A stretch of 35,580 nt of DNA from UHGV virus genome UHGV-2170436. One strand, given 5' to 3'. Source of the stretch: a virus. Each line of letters begins with the position of its first letter. Position 1 is the stretch's first letter. Positions 18,501 to 27,833 of this stretch are shown here, piece after piece. The notes below the pieces were generated by a model, which worked only from the letters and a program-made list of their open reading frames with translations, was not told the DNA's origin and did no database searches. The position numbers were made by a program, and so were the translations under genes.

Positions 18501-19206
18501 CAGTAAGGTTACTGATTTTAGTATCAGCATCTTTCTTGTTGTCGGAAACGACCTTTTCAATCGCTGTTTTGTTAGCTGCAACCGTGCTAGTTAAGCTAGA
18601 AATTTTGTTATCTGCATCGGTTTTATTTGCAGTAACAGTTTTAGTTAAGTTGCTAACGTTGGTGTTAGTGGTATTAACCTTGTTGTTAATCGCGGTGTTA
18701 TTGTCAGTGACCGTTTTCGTTAAAGCTGCATGTTTGCTATCTGCATCAGATTTGTTTGCGGCAACGGTTCTTTCAATTGCGGTCTTATTCGCAGATACGG
18801 TCCCCGTAAGGTTATTGATCTTAGTGTCGGCATCGGTTTTATTTGCCGTAACTGTCTGGGTTAAGTTACTAACAGTGGTGTTGGTAGCATCAATGCGCTT
18901 ATTGGTTGCGGTGTCTTTAGCGGTAATAGTCTGATTCAGTTCAGCTTTAACACTAGCCAGATTATTAGCGGCCTCTTGTTTGTTGGAAGCAATAACACGG
19001 TCAGTGCTAGTTTTATTCTGGTCTACTTTCGTGTTAAGTTCAGCGTGTTTTTCTGGAGAAACAGAGATTTGAACTACTGCGTTATTTTTATCTTTGGTAT
19101 ACAGAACGTGATCAGCAAGGTTAATAGCCAATTCACCCTGTGATAATTGTTCCGGCGTTGGTTTTTTACCAGCCGTTTGTGTGCGTTTAAATTGGATTGA
19201 TTGCAT
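15598..19206 (-). CDS. long (side) tail fibre protein with C-terminal intramolecular chaperone domain
   Basis: 1202 aa; N-terminal repetitive NKTDADTKI..LT.TV shaft repeats; C-terminus SDSRLKINKEELQDGALEKVNSLKVYTYDK matches the autoproteolytic chaperone (S74-type) signature of endosialidase/T5 pb1-type fibres. Confidence 0.8.
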   Translation of the reverse strand: MQSIQFKRTQTAGKKPTPEQLSQGELAINLADHVLYTKDKNNAVVQISVSPEKHAELNTKVDQNKTSTDRVIASNKQEAANNLASVKAELNQTITAKDTATNKRIDATNTTVSNLTQTVTANKTDADTKINNLTGTVSANKTAIERTVAANKSDADSKHAALTKTVTDNNTAINNKVNTTNTNVSNLTKTVTANKTDADNKISSLTSTVAANKTAIEKVVSDNKKDADTKISNLTGTVNSNHTAINNKVDQNKSSTDAAITAANKRIDGIEGSANAAYIKKNTKTYHGAYLYSKTGNYLEDSTARDLNYFGAFRTNGQDGLMDLTLNVPHSSGKAHGRGFTFRYASGGSRVETYGFDAQGQKAFSYKMYHEGDKPTPAEIGAYTKGEIDKMFIKNVTMSVPSGSESRAYFKIATATIPQNGRMVMLRIFGGNGYNVNSYDQVDFLEIVIRSGNNNPKGVSIAAYRRNSLNVHQVFAVNTSGDNYDIYVNYGRYTDNVIVEYGKTSGVSLTVHDTPAMTNVKPSTGVTDGRVITMFNTENKAGTLMFDNNGQGTYDIVSLNNDSGTGKKYLRKFRSKAAETIWHETVQGNVYRLATGTTDSSEVLRITGRTMFTGKGVFDAGQNVLRLERPSNQSNYIEWQDRRNGANARQGWIGFGSAETNNFQWYSDQGKNSFQLEANGQCSITTGATKIVYTNGEYVAANSNAFRMIYGNYGAFWRNDSAKVYLLSTAENDKFGGWNTYRPFIYDLTSGNVQLGGDGNEDALTLERASRAARFSNDVYIKKGFLTFDAGRSGSRDYIRFNHWGDSNNARDNVLYLEDSKGRHFSTERNMATGGLKAYFLGDLEVAGQMRWGKNTGQSSFNIRAWGNDTRKQVLECADESGWHFYTQRAGGPGTTAIEFSVNGKINAPQLSISQDATIPKFNSGFGVGVANGLGGNSIVLGDSDTGFKQNGDGVLDTYANNVNVVRHTSGGITFNRRVVVANKNGLGYSDISDVTRDRAPFLVNMDSIKGSGAYFPIIAGYSNLGDVGYRQSFEFGWTGSGSTHGWRTGIIRMRGDNANGQQARWEFTMDGDFTAGRNGSFNDVYIRSDSRLKINKEELQDGALEKVNSLKVYTYDKVKSLSDDTVIKREVGIIAQDLEEVLPEAVGIQSTEDPEQPEAIKTISNSAVNALIIKAIQEMDAKYQAKIEALTKEIAELKATK

Positions 19207-19286
19207 CTAGAATCACCTCACTATAAAACAGGAATAAGGGAGGCGTTAACCTCCCCGCGTCATGTTTTATTTAGGTAGGAGAATCC

Positions 19287-20120
19287 TTAGTATTCGCCGA
19301 AATCGATCCGGTCAGTCTTAGCCACTGCGCCAATTTCGCTAGGTGTCGGTTTCTCGTTTGTAGAATAGACTTTAATCCATTCAGATTTACCGTTTTCCTG
19401 AATATTTCGGACGCGTAAACGCGGTGCGCCAGAAGTATTACAGGTTAATTGCCATGCGCCATGCTCATTAGCTTGAAGATGAATTAACGATGTATCAGCA
19501 CCATAAGGGTTAGTGCTAGCAGTTCCCTTGTAAGTTACGAAACGGTTTCCTGTCAGAGATTCACTATCAATAGGACCACTGAAAGGATTTACACCAGCAC
19601 CGATACCAAAATCACCCTGACGTAAGATCCGGCCTTCGGTAGCAATACCCCTTGCCAAAATCCCGCCATCTGGTTCAAGTTTAAATTCCAGTGTTACAGC
19701 TTTGTTATCTGCGCCACGGGTTTTGTGACTAGTGACATAAGCGTCATAGATGACATAGTAACCAGTGTTAGCAGCACTATAGCCAGAGTTCACAACATAG
19801 AACATACGGAAGCGTAAAGGTGTTTTATCCTCTACCGCTTTCATCAACATTGCTTGATGTTCATCGTCAAGAACACGGTTTAATGTGAGTGTTGTCGGTT
19901 CCAGTCTACGATAACCAGCAAGTTTCCCCGTAGCGTCCTGATCGTACTCTTCCAGAGTTTCTATCTCTGTGGATTCGGTTAGCGTAGGGAATGCTGCGAT
20001 GTTCTCCATAGAACTAAAGCTAGGATCGAAAAAGTCGACCTGATTGTCTATCTGGTTAGAGATCGACACTTCAACATGTGATCCAGTGAAAATATCTAAG
20101 TTATCTTGTGTAATATTCAT
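19287..20120 (-). CDS. tail protein of uncertain role
   Basis: C-terminal KVYSTNEKPTPSEIGAVAKTDRID resembles an internal segment of the long tail fibre (KMYHEGDKPTPAEIGAYTKGEID). Confidence 0.4.
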   Translation of the reverse strand: MNITQDNLDIFTGSHVEVSISNQIDNQVDFFDPSFSSMENIAAFPTLTESTEIETLEEYDQDATGKLAGYRRLEPTTLTLNRVLDDEHQAMLMKAVEDKTPLRFRMFYVVNSGYSAANTGYYVIYDAYVTSHKTRGADNKAVTLEFKLEPDGGILARGIATEGRILRQGDFGIGAGVNPFSGPIDSESLTGNRFVTYKGTASTNPYGADTSLIHLQANEHGAWQLTCNTSGAPRLRVRNIQENGKSEWIKVYSTNEKPTPSEIGAVAKTDRIDFGEY

Positions 20121-20129
20121 TATTACCCC

Positions 20130-20552
20130 TTAAAAACGCGCTAGATAAGAAAATTTAAGGCTAAGTGTCCCAACGATACCCCCATCACTAGAATCATCGT
20201 CATAATCGGTATTAGAGGCTACTGGAGTGATATCTGAAATAGAGAAGCCCAAATCTTTAAAACGTGGGTTATCCGGCTGAATCTGGATTATCTGGCAAAT
20301 ACCCTCATGGATTTTTGTTTCATGAATCTGAGAATATAATTGCATTTCGATAACGCATTCAGCTTGCATTGCATTACCACCACGGACCCTAGTGTAAGTC
20401 TCATTCATGCCAGTAATCCAACAAACCACGTCATCACTAAAACCTTGCTGAGTTTGTTCTACGTTTAAAGCCAGACCTAAATCTTGTTCGATAATATCTT
20501 GCAAGGCGCGTTTGATTTTCAGTCTAGGCATATTATTAACGGTAGCGAGCAT
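20130..20552 (-). CDS. hypothetical head-tail joining/completion protein
   Basis: Start set at ATG 20552 with AGGGGG RBS; position between capsid and tail genes. Confidence 0.35.
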   Translation of the reverse strand: MLATVNNMPRLKIKRALQDIIEQDLGLALNVEQTQQGFSDDVVCWITGMNETYTRVRGGNAMQAECVIEMQLYSQIHETKIHEGICQIIQIQPDNPRFKDLGFSISDITPVASNTDYDDDSSDGGIVGTLSLKFSYLARF

Positions 20553-20826
20553 GTGTACCCCCTGCCAGAGTAATAAAGCAATCAGTGGTATTATCACCAT
20601 TGCGCTTAACGTATTGAACTTTGAAACGCTGGTTTTCTACAATGACAATATCACCCTGATTTAAGTCTCCCTCACGACAGAATAGAAATTCGGTTTCTGT
20701 CATTACCCCCGATTCGTCGGTAGTAGTAATTTCATGATAAGCACGAATTGATTTACCACCTTCCACCGAAAATACAGGAGCACTCTTAAACATTCTTGAT
20801 AATTGTGATTCTGATAATTTGAACAT
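20536..20826 (-). CDS. hypothetical head-tail connector protein
   Basis: Start set at ATG 20826 (MFKLSESQL...) with AGGGGG RBS; first gene after the capsid terminator. Confidence 0.35.
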   Translation of the reverse strand: MFKLSESQLSRMFKSAPVFSVEGGKSIRAYHEITTTDESGVMTETEFLFCREGDLNQGDIVIVENQRFKVQYVKRNGDNTTDCFITLAGGTHARYR

Positions 20827-20856
20827 AGTTACCCCCTTTATGGAGTATTTACATAC

Positions 20857-20882
20857 AAAAAAGCCCCGCACTAGGCAGGGCT
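20857..20882 (-). terminator. Rho-independent terminator after extended capsid ORF
   Basis: Minus-strand RNA AGCCCUGC-CUAGU-GCGGGGCU followed by UUUUUU; related in sequence to the terminator at 14912-14940. Confidence 0.6.
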
Positions 20883-20887
20883 AATTA

Positions 20888-21016
20888 TCATTCTTTAGGC
20901 TTGCGGCCTCGTTTTGCTGTGGCTTTCGCCGTAACCGTCTGGGATTCTTCTTCCGGTTTAGGAATCAGATTTTCTTCCCCCGAATCGGGGGAAGGTTCAG
21001 AAGGTTCTACAGGAGT
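20888..21016 (-). other. In-frame post-TGA extension of the capsid gene (42 codons; putative readthrough domain)
   Basis: Same frame as 21017..23071; translates TPVEPSEPSPDSGEENLIPKPEEESQTVTAKATAKRGRKPKE, ends at tandem stops TGA-TAA; contains no in-frame ATG/GTG/TTG. Confidence 0.5.
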
Positions 21017-23071
21017 TCAGTCAACTTTTTTCTGAACTACGGTCAGTGCGCTATGGTCCATAACAGCCCAATCCAGATCAGCCCATACACGGAAGTACAG
21101 GTTGCCAGCCGCGCGACCTGTGGTATCGTCGCAATCCAGTTCCAGCGATCCGAAGTCTGCAACAACAAGGGAGCTAAAGTCACCAAACAGCATGGTATCC
21201 TGAGCAACTACACCAGAGCCATAGATCGGACGGTTAACCAGTTTATCGCCTTCTACCAGGAAGCCCGGAACATTAGCTGCTTTGAGTTGCGCTGCCAGTT
21301 CAGCTTTAACAACACCACGGGTAGCAAATGCCAGATCCGCTTCGTTATAACCTTTGTCGGTCAGTTCAGCTACCAGTTTCAGGAACTCGGCATAGGTCCA
21401 ATCAATCTGTTTAACTTTGCCAGCGTCGGTCAGGATCTTAGTCAGACCATCACGAGCGTTAGTGTTAGCAGCATTGGACAGAATCGCTTTTTCCAGAGCG
21501 ATAGCACTGTGTTTCAGCATGTGCTCACCAACGATAGCGCCAATATTGGGCAGTGTGATTGCAGCCTGACGCGTTACAGGAACAATTCCGTTAAAAGTCT
21601 TGAGAGTCATCGGCTGCGCTGCAAACTTAATAGTACCTTCACCAGCGGATTGACCTTCTGCAACAAAACCGAAGTTTTCCAGATTGCTGGAAGTCAGAGA
21701 CGGCAGAGAAACAGGACCAGTTGCGTTAATGGTACGCACACCCAATTTACCCAGAATAGAACGTTCCATGATCATATCAACGAAGCAATCATGGCGGATT
21801 TCTTCACCAACTACTGGTTTCAGAGATTCCATGTTCTGGCTAGCACGCAGAGCGGACGCCGGAATGAATACGGAGTTAGAACGCTGCGCACGACCACGCG
21901 CTGCGGCTTTACGTGCTTCTTCCTGAGAATATTCAGCTTCTGCGCCAGTCAGGGCTTTACCCTCTGCGATTGCACGTACAGCTTTATTAAGATCGAAACG
22001 GGATTCCAGAGTTTTAATGGTATCGGTCATGGTAATTTTTCCTTTAACAAAAGTTTTAGATTCGGTAGTATTTAGTGCGCGTGCTTTTTCTTTAAAATTT
22101 TCAATAGTCACGGCACTATCTTTAATTGCAGCTTCAATCACGTCTTCGGAGATATTTAGATGTTTTCCGATAGCACGAATTTCGGCGGTATCTTCGCGAG
22201 AACGTTCAAACGGTTTTTCTTCGTCTTCAATCTTTTCTTCTTCGACTGGTTCGGATGTATTTTCCGTTTCGTCGTTCTCGTCTGTATCTTTATTTAGTTC
22301 TTCTGTTTCTTCCGGTTCATCTTCGGAACGTTCTTCTTTTTCTTCTGGCGTTACTTCTTGCGGTTCTTCCACATCTTCGCCACTGTCAGCACTATTTCCA
22401 GAATCGGAATCAATTTCTTCATTTTCTTGTTCCTCTTTCTCTTCTTCGGAACGTTTTTCTTCATCTTCCGGTTTAATTTCTTCGACCGGAGTATCTTTAA
22501 TTTCGTCTTCCACTTGTTCACCCTCCAAAACAATCATTTCGTTGTCTGTATTTAGAGAGCGTCCAACACCCGCATTAAATGGATCTGCGGCACACGTTAC
22601 AAGACTGCATTCGAAAGGTTGCCAGCGTGTAACATAATAGATCCCTTTGTTAAAATCGGCTTTGCCATCAAGAACGTTATAACCGACGCTAACTTGTGAA
22701 AGTGTTCCCTCTTTTACCTTCTCAAAGCATTCATTAGCCAGTTGGCCTACTTTGGAGAATTGGACAAGGCAACGACCTACACGGTCTTCGTCAATACGAG
22801 CGGAGCCAGGAACAATCTTGCCGATATGAAGATCCAGATTGTGATTAAACAGAAGACTTGCGTTAGTCTCGTTTAAAACGGATAGATCAACCGCTGATTC
22901 ATCGTGTACGAGAATCTCTTTTAATTCGACTTGCTCGCCGTCCTGATTCATGTAATAACGTGTATAAGGAGCCTCGCTTGAGAAAGCCAATTCAATAATT
23001 CGTTCGTCTTTTTCTTCGATAAAATCAGGGGTATCTACCGCAACACTACGACGGAATTGTTTTGTTGTCAT
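21017..23071 (-). CDS. prohead protease - scaffold - major capsid protein fusion
   Basis: 684 aa: N-terminal ~170 aa protease-like region, highly acidic Glu/Asp-rich linker, C-terminal ~400 aa capsid-like domain; follows the portal gene. Confidence 0.65.
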   Translation of the reverse strand: MTTKQFRRSVAVDTPDFIEEKDERIIELAFSSEAPYTRYYMNQDGEQVELKEILVHDESAVDLSVLNETNASLLFNHNLDLHIGKIVPGSARIDEDRVGRCLVQFSKVGQLANECFEKVKEGTLSQVSVGYNVLDGKADFNKGIYYVTRWQPFECSLVTCAADPFNAGVGRSLNTDNEMIVLEGEQVEDEIKDTPVEEIKPEDEEKRSEEEKEEQENEEIDSDSGNSADSGEDVEEPQEVTPEEKEERSEDEPEETEELNKDTDENDETENTSEPVEEEKIEDEEKPFERSREDTAEIRAIGKHLNISEDVIEAAIKDSAVTIENFKEKARALNTTESKTFVKGKITMTDTIKTLESRFDLNKAVRAIAEGKALTGAEAEYSQEEARKAAARGRAQRSNSVFIPASALRASQNMESLKPVVGEEIRHDCFVDMIMERSILGKLGVRTINATGPVSLPSLTSSNLENFGFVAEGQSAGEGTIKFAAQPMTLKTFNGIVPVTRQAAITLPNIGAIVGEHMLKHSAIALEKAILSNAANTNARDGLTKILTDAGKVKQIDWTYAEFLKLVAELTDKGYNEADLAFATRGVVKAELAAQLKAANVPGFLVEGDKLVNRPIYGSGVVAQDTMLFGDFSSLVVADFGSLELDCDDTTGRAAGNLYFRVWADLDWAVMDHSALTVVQKKVD

Positions 23072-23113
23072 AGATCACCTTGAAAATTATTGGGGGCATT
23101 GCGCCCCGTTGGG

Positions 23114-24637
23114 TTATTCATTTTGAGTATCAGGAGATTTTTCTTTTTCAGTCTCACCCTCACTCACGACGCATGTATTTAGCATGTGTTTTTCTGCCTC
23201 AATTTCTTTAAAGACCTGAGACGGATCTTGACCCATTTCCATAATGACCTGAGCTTTAGACTTCAATCCGCTTTCTATTAACAGAACTTCACTCTGAATA
23301 TCTTTGATCGGTTCAATAGACGTAACGCGAGGTCTAATAATTGTCGTTGCATCCAAAATAGAATCGATCTGCGTCATGCGAACATTGATTTTTGAGTTAA
23401 TTACCGCGTGACGTAAAAACGCCTCAAATAATGGAAGAATAACAGTATCAACTAAGCGATCTTGATGCGTCTTGAAGCGAGCGGATTCAATATTATGACC
23501 GAATTTTGCTGATGAGTAGTTAATAGAACTTGTATCTCCTGTAAGAGCTTGTTTAAAGCTAGACAGACCCATAGAAATAGAAGTCAGCATTGCTTCATTG
23601 AATTTTTCGAAATCATCGCCGCCTTGAGTTGATTGTACCGTTTTAACGTCTTGCCCCGGTTCCAGTATATTGATAGTACCCGGTTCGAAGTCAGTGATCA
23701 TTGTTGGCGGTTGATAGTTTTCCGTGTCATCTTCACCAACATCAAATGAATCTTGATTTTCTTTATCGCTTGTGATAAAGGCCATGCTGCTTGCGTGCAC
23801 GCGCTTACCGATTATTACAGTCTCGCGGAACGCTTCAAGATGAGCTATATCTTTGATTATTGGCAAGAAATCAGTAATACCACGTAATGCGTCGGCTGTA
23901 CCAGGGATAAAGTAATGCAGCACTCTTTCCGCCGGGATTCGTACACGTTCGCCAGTAAAGGACTGAGTAAACAGGTCACGACGCCTAAACCAATATGCAA
24001 CGGGCTTTTCATCTTCATATTCGATGCCAGCGTAAACGACATTACCGTTATCTAAGGTGCGCTGATCTGACCAATCAACACAATCCGCACCATAAATGGA
24101 TACTTGCAGATCCTTACCATCTTCATGGAGTACCAGAAACGCATCACCACCCATCACGCGCTCTTTTTCCATCAACTTTAAGCATTCAAGGAAGTTAATC
24201 TTTCCGATGCGCGAGAATCGTTTCTGAGAGCTAGCCCAACGCCAAAAAGCATTCTCAATAGCGGTGTTAGTGGTTGCGTCCAGCTTTTCCCCTTTCATAA
24301 CGAAGGTTCGAGGCTGTAAGCCAGTACCTACCACGGAATCAATAACGTGTTGGCAATAACGGGAGCCAATAGAAGTGTTTAACGCAAGATAACGGCCTTG
24401 ATTGTATAGACGTGATGCGGACCCCTTAATCGCGCTGTTAATGCTGCCAGTGATGACATTACGCGCCATACTTCCTTCAATGCGGTCGCTTTCAACCAAT
24501 CCCAAAGAGCGTTTATGTAAGTCTTTGGTAAATTCTTCAATCTTGCGATCTACAAATAATTTGCGGTGTTGGCGAATACCGATTTTCTTAACCGGATTCA
24601 CGGGCATATCTTTTTTGCGTTTGAAAAAATTAAACAT
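23114..24637 (-). CDS. portal protein
   Basis: 507 aa, positioned between large terminase and capsid, acidic C-terminus. Confidence 0.7.
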   Translation of the reverse strand: MFNFFKRKKDMPVNPVKKIGIRQHRKLFVDRKIEEFTKDLHKRSLGLVESDRIEGSMARNVITGSINSAIKGSASRLYNQGRYLALNTSIGSRYCQHVIDSVVGTGLQPRTFVMKGEKLDATTNTAIENAFWRWASSQKRFSRIGKINFLECLKLMEKERVMGGDAFLVLHEDGKDLQVSIYGADCVDWSDQRTLDNGNVVYAGIEYEDEKPVAYWFRRRDLFTQSFTGERVRIPAERVLHYFIPGTADALRGITDFLPIIKDIAHLEAFRETVIIGKRVHASSMAFITSDKENQDSFDVGEDDTENYQPPTMITDFEPGTINILEPGQDVKTVQSTQGGDDFEKFNEAMLTSISMGLSSFKQALTGDTSSINYSSAKFGHNIESARFKTHQDRLVDTVILPLFEAFLRHAVINSKINVRMTQIDSILDATTIIRPRVTSIEPIKDIQSEVLLIESGLKSKAQVIMEMGQDPSQVFKEIEAEKHMLNTCVVSEGETEKEKSPDTQNE

Positions 24638-24646
24638 GTTAAATCC

Positions 24647-25144
24647 TTATCGAGTTAAGCGTACTTTAATCGGTGTAATTGGTGAGTAATTGCCAGCCTT
24701 GCGCCGTTCTTGCTGAATGAGTTTTACGAGTTGTTTTTCGTAATCCCTTTTCAGTTGTTGTAAAACCGCAATTGACTCGTAGGTAAACGAATTACCCTTT
24801 ATCGTCATTGCAGATAACGCACTTTCATCATTGGCTAGGCGCGCATAGATGGTATTTTCGATTAAAGCAATCGTTTCGCGCAGATATTCTTTTTTGGATT
24901 GTTTGGCGAATACTGGCAATACAGTTAATTCCTGCATTGATACCAGTTCTTCTTCCAAAGTGGTTACGATGGTATATTTACCCTCGGCAAAATCTAAGGT
25001 TTTAATCTCGTGATTAGCCGGAGTATCATCAACCTGATAAATGATACCTTTACTATTTCCTACCTGAATTGTTACACCCTCTTCATTCGCCAGCGTGATT
25101 TTTTCACCTTTACGAATTACTAAGGGAATTAGTTCTAAACTCAT
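24647..25144 (-). CDS. hypothetical head-morphogenesis protein
   Basis: ORF between large terminase and portal; no motif recognised. Confidence 0.35.
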   Translation of the reverse strand: MSLELIPLVIRKGEKITLANEEGVTIQVGNSKGIIYQVDDTPANHEIKTLDFAEGKYTIVTTLEEELVSMQELTVLPVFAKQSKKEYLRETIALIENTIYARLANDESALSAMTIKGNSFTYESIAVLQQLKRDYEKQLVKLIQQERRKAGNYSPITPIKVRLTR

Positions 25145-25216
25145 AATTACCCCTTATTTAATTGTTATTGGATTAACAATATTTAGGAGTAAGCCGCCCC
25201 GAAGGACGGCGAGTTA

Positions 25217-27121
25217 TTAGAACGATGTTACCCAGCTACGGCCTCTATTTGGGCGTCTGGCGATGTTTTGACGTTGTGGTCGTGTGATTGGCTTAGTTTC
25301 TTCGATTTGCTCGTCAGATTGCGTTTCAGGAGCTTTTACGGGTTCTTCTGGTTCACGGTTCAAACTATCTTTGATGGCTTCGAGTTTTTCCCATGACATT
25401 TTATTGAGTACATGGCGAGAAGCAGCATAGGAATAAGCCAGGCAGTCGAGAGCCTCGTTTCGTTGCTGACCAACTTTTACCCAACGTGTGGTATTACCCT
25501 GCCGTTTCAACTGTTCAGAAAGCAATTGCTCGCAATAGTCATCAGGAACGTCACCAATCTGGAAGACAGTATGAGGATCGCCATCTCTCAAGTTCCGGTT
25601 AATCATTTCACGGATCATCGTCTTAAGGTTGTTTACGCCCAGAATTTTGAGAGTAAAACCGCCCGTTCTTGTGTCCTTAGCCGGAAGGATTGGAGCATCA
25701 GCATTACTTGCGCCTTTAATGGCGCATAGGTTTTGCCACCTAGTGCAAAAACGGTAGATCACGTTTGTAGCTCGTCCGTTCGATGAGTCCACGAAAGCAG
25801 ATAGCATCGGGATTCGTTCACCGGATCGGGTATAGAATTTCGCTTTCAGGAAGTTATAAAGCTGGTCATATGCTGGTGATTCGTGGCGTTCGCAGTTCAC
25901 ATCATAGAATGATCGGTGATCAACTACGCATATCCCCTTACGAGAGATACCCAGCAAGGTAGATTCCAGACGGTCTTTTTGCTGGTCAACTCCACCTACC
26001 AGAGCCAGTACATCATCAGGAATATTGTCTAGGCTAATATCAGTTTTCAGCGTTTCCAGTTCGTCGGCTGTGCGATCTTCGTTAAGATCATCGAAGGTTT
26101 CACCGAGGACTGTATTGTAGAACGTTGCTAGTGACATATTCGCGTAGCTATCAGCAAAGTCCACCACACACGCACGGATAGAACTAAACGGAGACATAAG
26201 GCGGTTAGCATGAAAACCGATTACTTCCGCATTTGGTTCTGTAGCAATCCATTCACCTTGAGCAACAGCACGTAGGCGATCCCCTTCTGTCCAATCAGTT
26301 TCACATGACGGGCAACGATAAACGGCAGTATCTGGATTCGGCAGTGATTTACAGTTAATCGTATGCCAATCAAAGAAAACTCTACTCCATTCCATTACGT
26401 GCTTGTGTCCGCAATGCTGGCAAACGACATGATATTTTCTCTTATCCGAGAGTTCCCATTGTTGGTTAATCGCCCCATCACGAGCGGTTGGAGTGGAAGC
26501 AATTACGATCCTTGCATCTTCCCCGAAAGTGGTTGCGCGTTGTTCCGCTAGCTGGATCGGGTTCCCTTCGTCTGACTCATCAGCCGCATCAACTTCATCA
26601 AGAATAATCAAAGGGAGTGTTTTACCGCGAAGATGTGACGGACTATTCAACGACATGAAATACATAAACGATCCGTTACGAAGCTGAATAATCGATGAGT
26701 TGTTAACGGCATTGCGATCTGATTTGTCGGTGATCATCGCCTTTAATTCTGGTGTTGCCTCTAATACTGGCTTCACCTTACCAGCGATCCAGCTATTCAA
26801 CTCGCGGACATTCGATTGCAACACCCCGATATTAGTAGGGTTACTCGCGATCCGATGGAAGATAATTCCGTTAAGAATCATGGTCTTACCCAACTGTGCC
26901 GAACATTTAAACACAATTTTTCTACGGTCTTCGGTGATCGCGTCCATCATTCCACGTTGGAAGGGATGCAATTTAATTAGCGATCCGGCTTTAACACCAT
27001 CGGTCGCAACTACATTAGCCTCTACCCATTCGCTAGGTTTCATGGTTTTAGGTGGACGAATTGCAGCAGAGATATTTTTGAGAATCTTTTTTAATTTTGC
27101 CTTATTAGAAATCAGTTTCAT
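25217..27121 (-). CDS. terminase large subunit (lambda gpA-like)
   Basis: Walker A CSAQLGKT, Walker B LPLIILDEVD, Cys-rich nuclease region; GAGGGT RBS before ATG at 27121. Confidence 0.85.
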   Translation of the reverse strand: MKLISNKAKLKKILKNISAAIRPPKTMKPSEWVEANVVATDGVKAGSLIKLHPFQRGMMDAITEDRRKIVFKCSAQLGKTMILNGIIFHRIASNPTNIGVLQSNVRELNSWIAGKVKPVLEATPELKAMITDKSDRNAVNNSSIIQLRNGSFMYFMSLNSPSHLRGKTLPLIILDEVDAADESDEGNPIQLAEQRATTFGEDARIVIASTPTARDGAINQQWELSDKRKYHVVCQHCGHKHVMEWSRVFFDWHTINCKSLPNPDTAVYRCPSCETDWTEGDRLRAVAQGEWIATEPNAEVIGFHANRLMSPFSSIRACVVDFADSYANMSLATFYNTVLGETFDDLNEDRTADELETLKTDISLDNIPDDVLALVGGVDQQKDRLESTLLGISRKGICVVDHRSFYDVNCERHESPAYDQLYNFLKAKFYTRSGERIPMLSAFVDSSNGRATNVIYRFCTRWQNLCAIKGASNADAPILPAKDTRTGGFTLKILGVNNLKTMIREMINRNLRDGDPHTVFQIGDVPDDYCEQLLSEQLKRQGNTTRWVKVGQQRNEALDCLAYSYAASRHVLNKMSWEKLEAIKDSLNREPEEPVKAPETQSDEQIEETKPITRPQRQNIARRPNRGRSWVTSF

Positions 27122-27207
27122 GTAATTACCCTCATTACGAAATATGAAGGTATTTATTAAATTGTTGATATTTTGATAAATACGGTATTAAGATTTAAGG
27201 AGGGTGT

Positions 27208-27801
27208 ATGCTAATTAATCAGCAAGAAAGAGATGAATTAGCCTTGTCTTGTACCGATCATGAATATCGTTTGCCAGTAAAACATAAGCACTTAAAGACC
27301 GATTACACTACATCCGGTTTTAGTCGCGAAGAAGCGAAAGAGATTTTAATCGAGTTGTATCGCGATCATGGGTATACCGATATTCACAACTTCTTTAAGA
27401 AGCATAGAACATCACATACAGAGTTTCGGAGAGTCCGAGATTGGTTTGATTTTGATATCAAGCGTTATTATCGCATTGATGACGGTCCTATCTATCGGTT
27501 GCAGTGGAAGTCGATCCGAGAAGTGTTGAAACAGAAGAGATTGAATCACGCTATTACACGCTATCGTAACGAGGCTTTCAAGAAAGGCTATGGTGATACA
27601 AGGGAACTATTCGTTGAACTCGCTAACGTGAAGTACAGCCACTATTACAACGATCCTAAATCCTTCTTTGAAGTGCTTCGCAAGGTTGATATAAGTCGGG
27701 GTACATACTATTCACGGTTGAAGAAGTACGGGATTAAGGCAGAGTTCTTTATGTCGGTTGACGATGGAGAACTTTTTCCGATAAAATGTAAGTCACTCTA
27801 A
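27208..27801 (+). CDS. DNA-binding protein with duplicated resolvase-type HTH-like modules
   Basis: Two internal segments ending in a recognition-helix-like motif (ISRGTYYSRLKKYGIK), paralogous to 27834..28067 and 31103..31285; AAGGAGGG RBS. Confidence 0.45.
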   Translation: MLINQQERDELALSCTDHEYRLPVKHKHLKTDYTTSGFSREEAKEILIELYRDHGYTDIHNFFKKHRTSHTEFRRVRDWFDFDIKRYYRIDDGPIYRLQWKSIREVLKQKRLNHAITRYRNEAFKKGYGDTRELFVELANVKYSHYYNDPKSFFEVLRKVDISRGTYYSRLKKYGIKAEFFMSVDDGELFPIKCKSL

Positions 27802-27833
27802 ATAAAAGTGAACATTCACTTTAATTTGGAGAA

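Noticed and set aside
18359-18934. 191-aa plus-strand ORF with extremely hydrophobic repetitive sequence
   Set aside because: Lies antisense within the repetitive shaft region of the long tail fibre gene; an artefact of the tandem repeats.
5721-19206. Diversity-generating retroelement or invertase switch acting on the fibre genes
   Set aside because: No reverse transcriptase and no inverted duplicated fibre 3' segments were seen; the only recombinase is a large serine type distant from the fibre 3' ends.
22017-22637. 206-aa Ser-rich plus-strand ORF and short ORFs at 22255..22555
   Set aside because: Antisense to the acidic low-complexity linker of the capsid fusion gene; composition-driven, not a gene.
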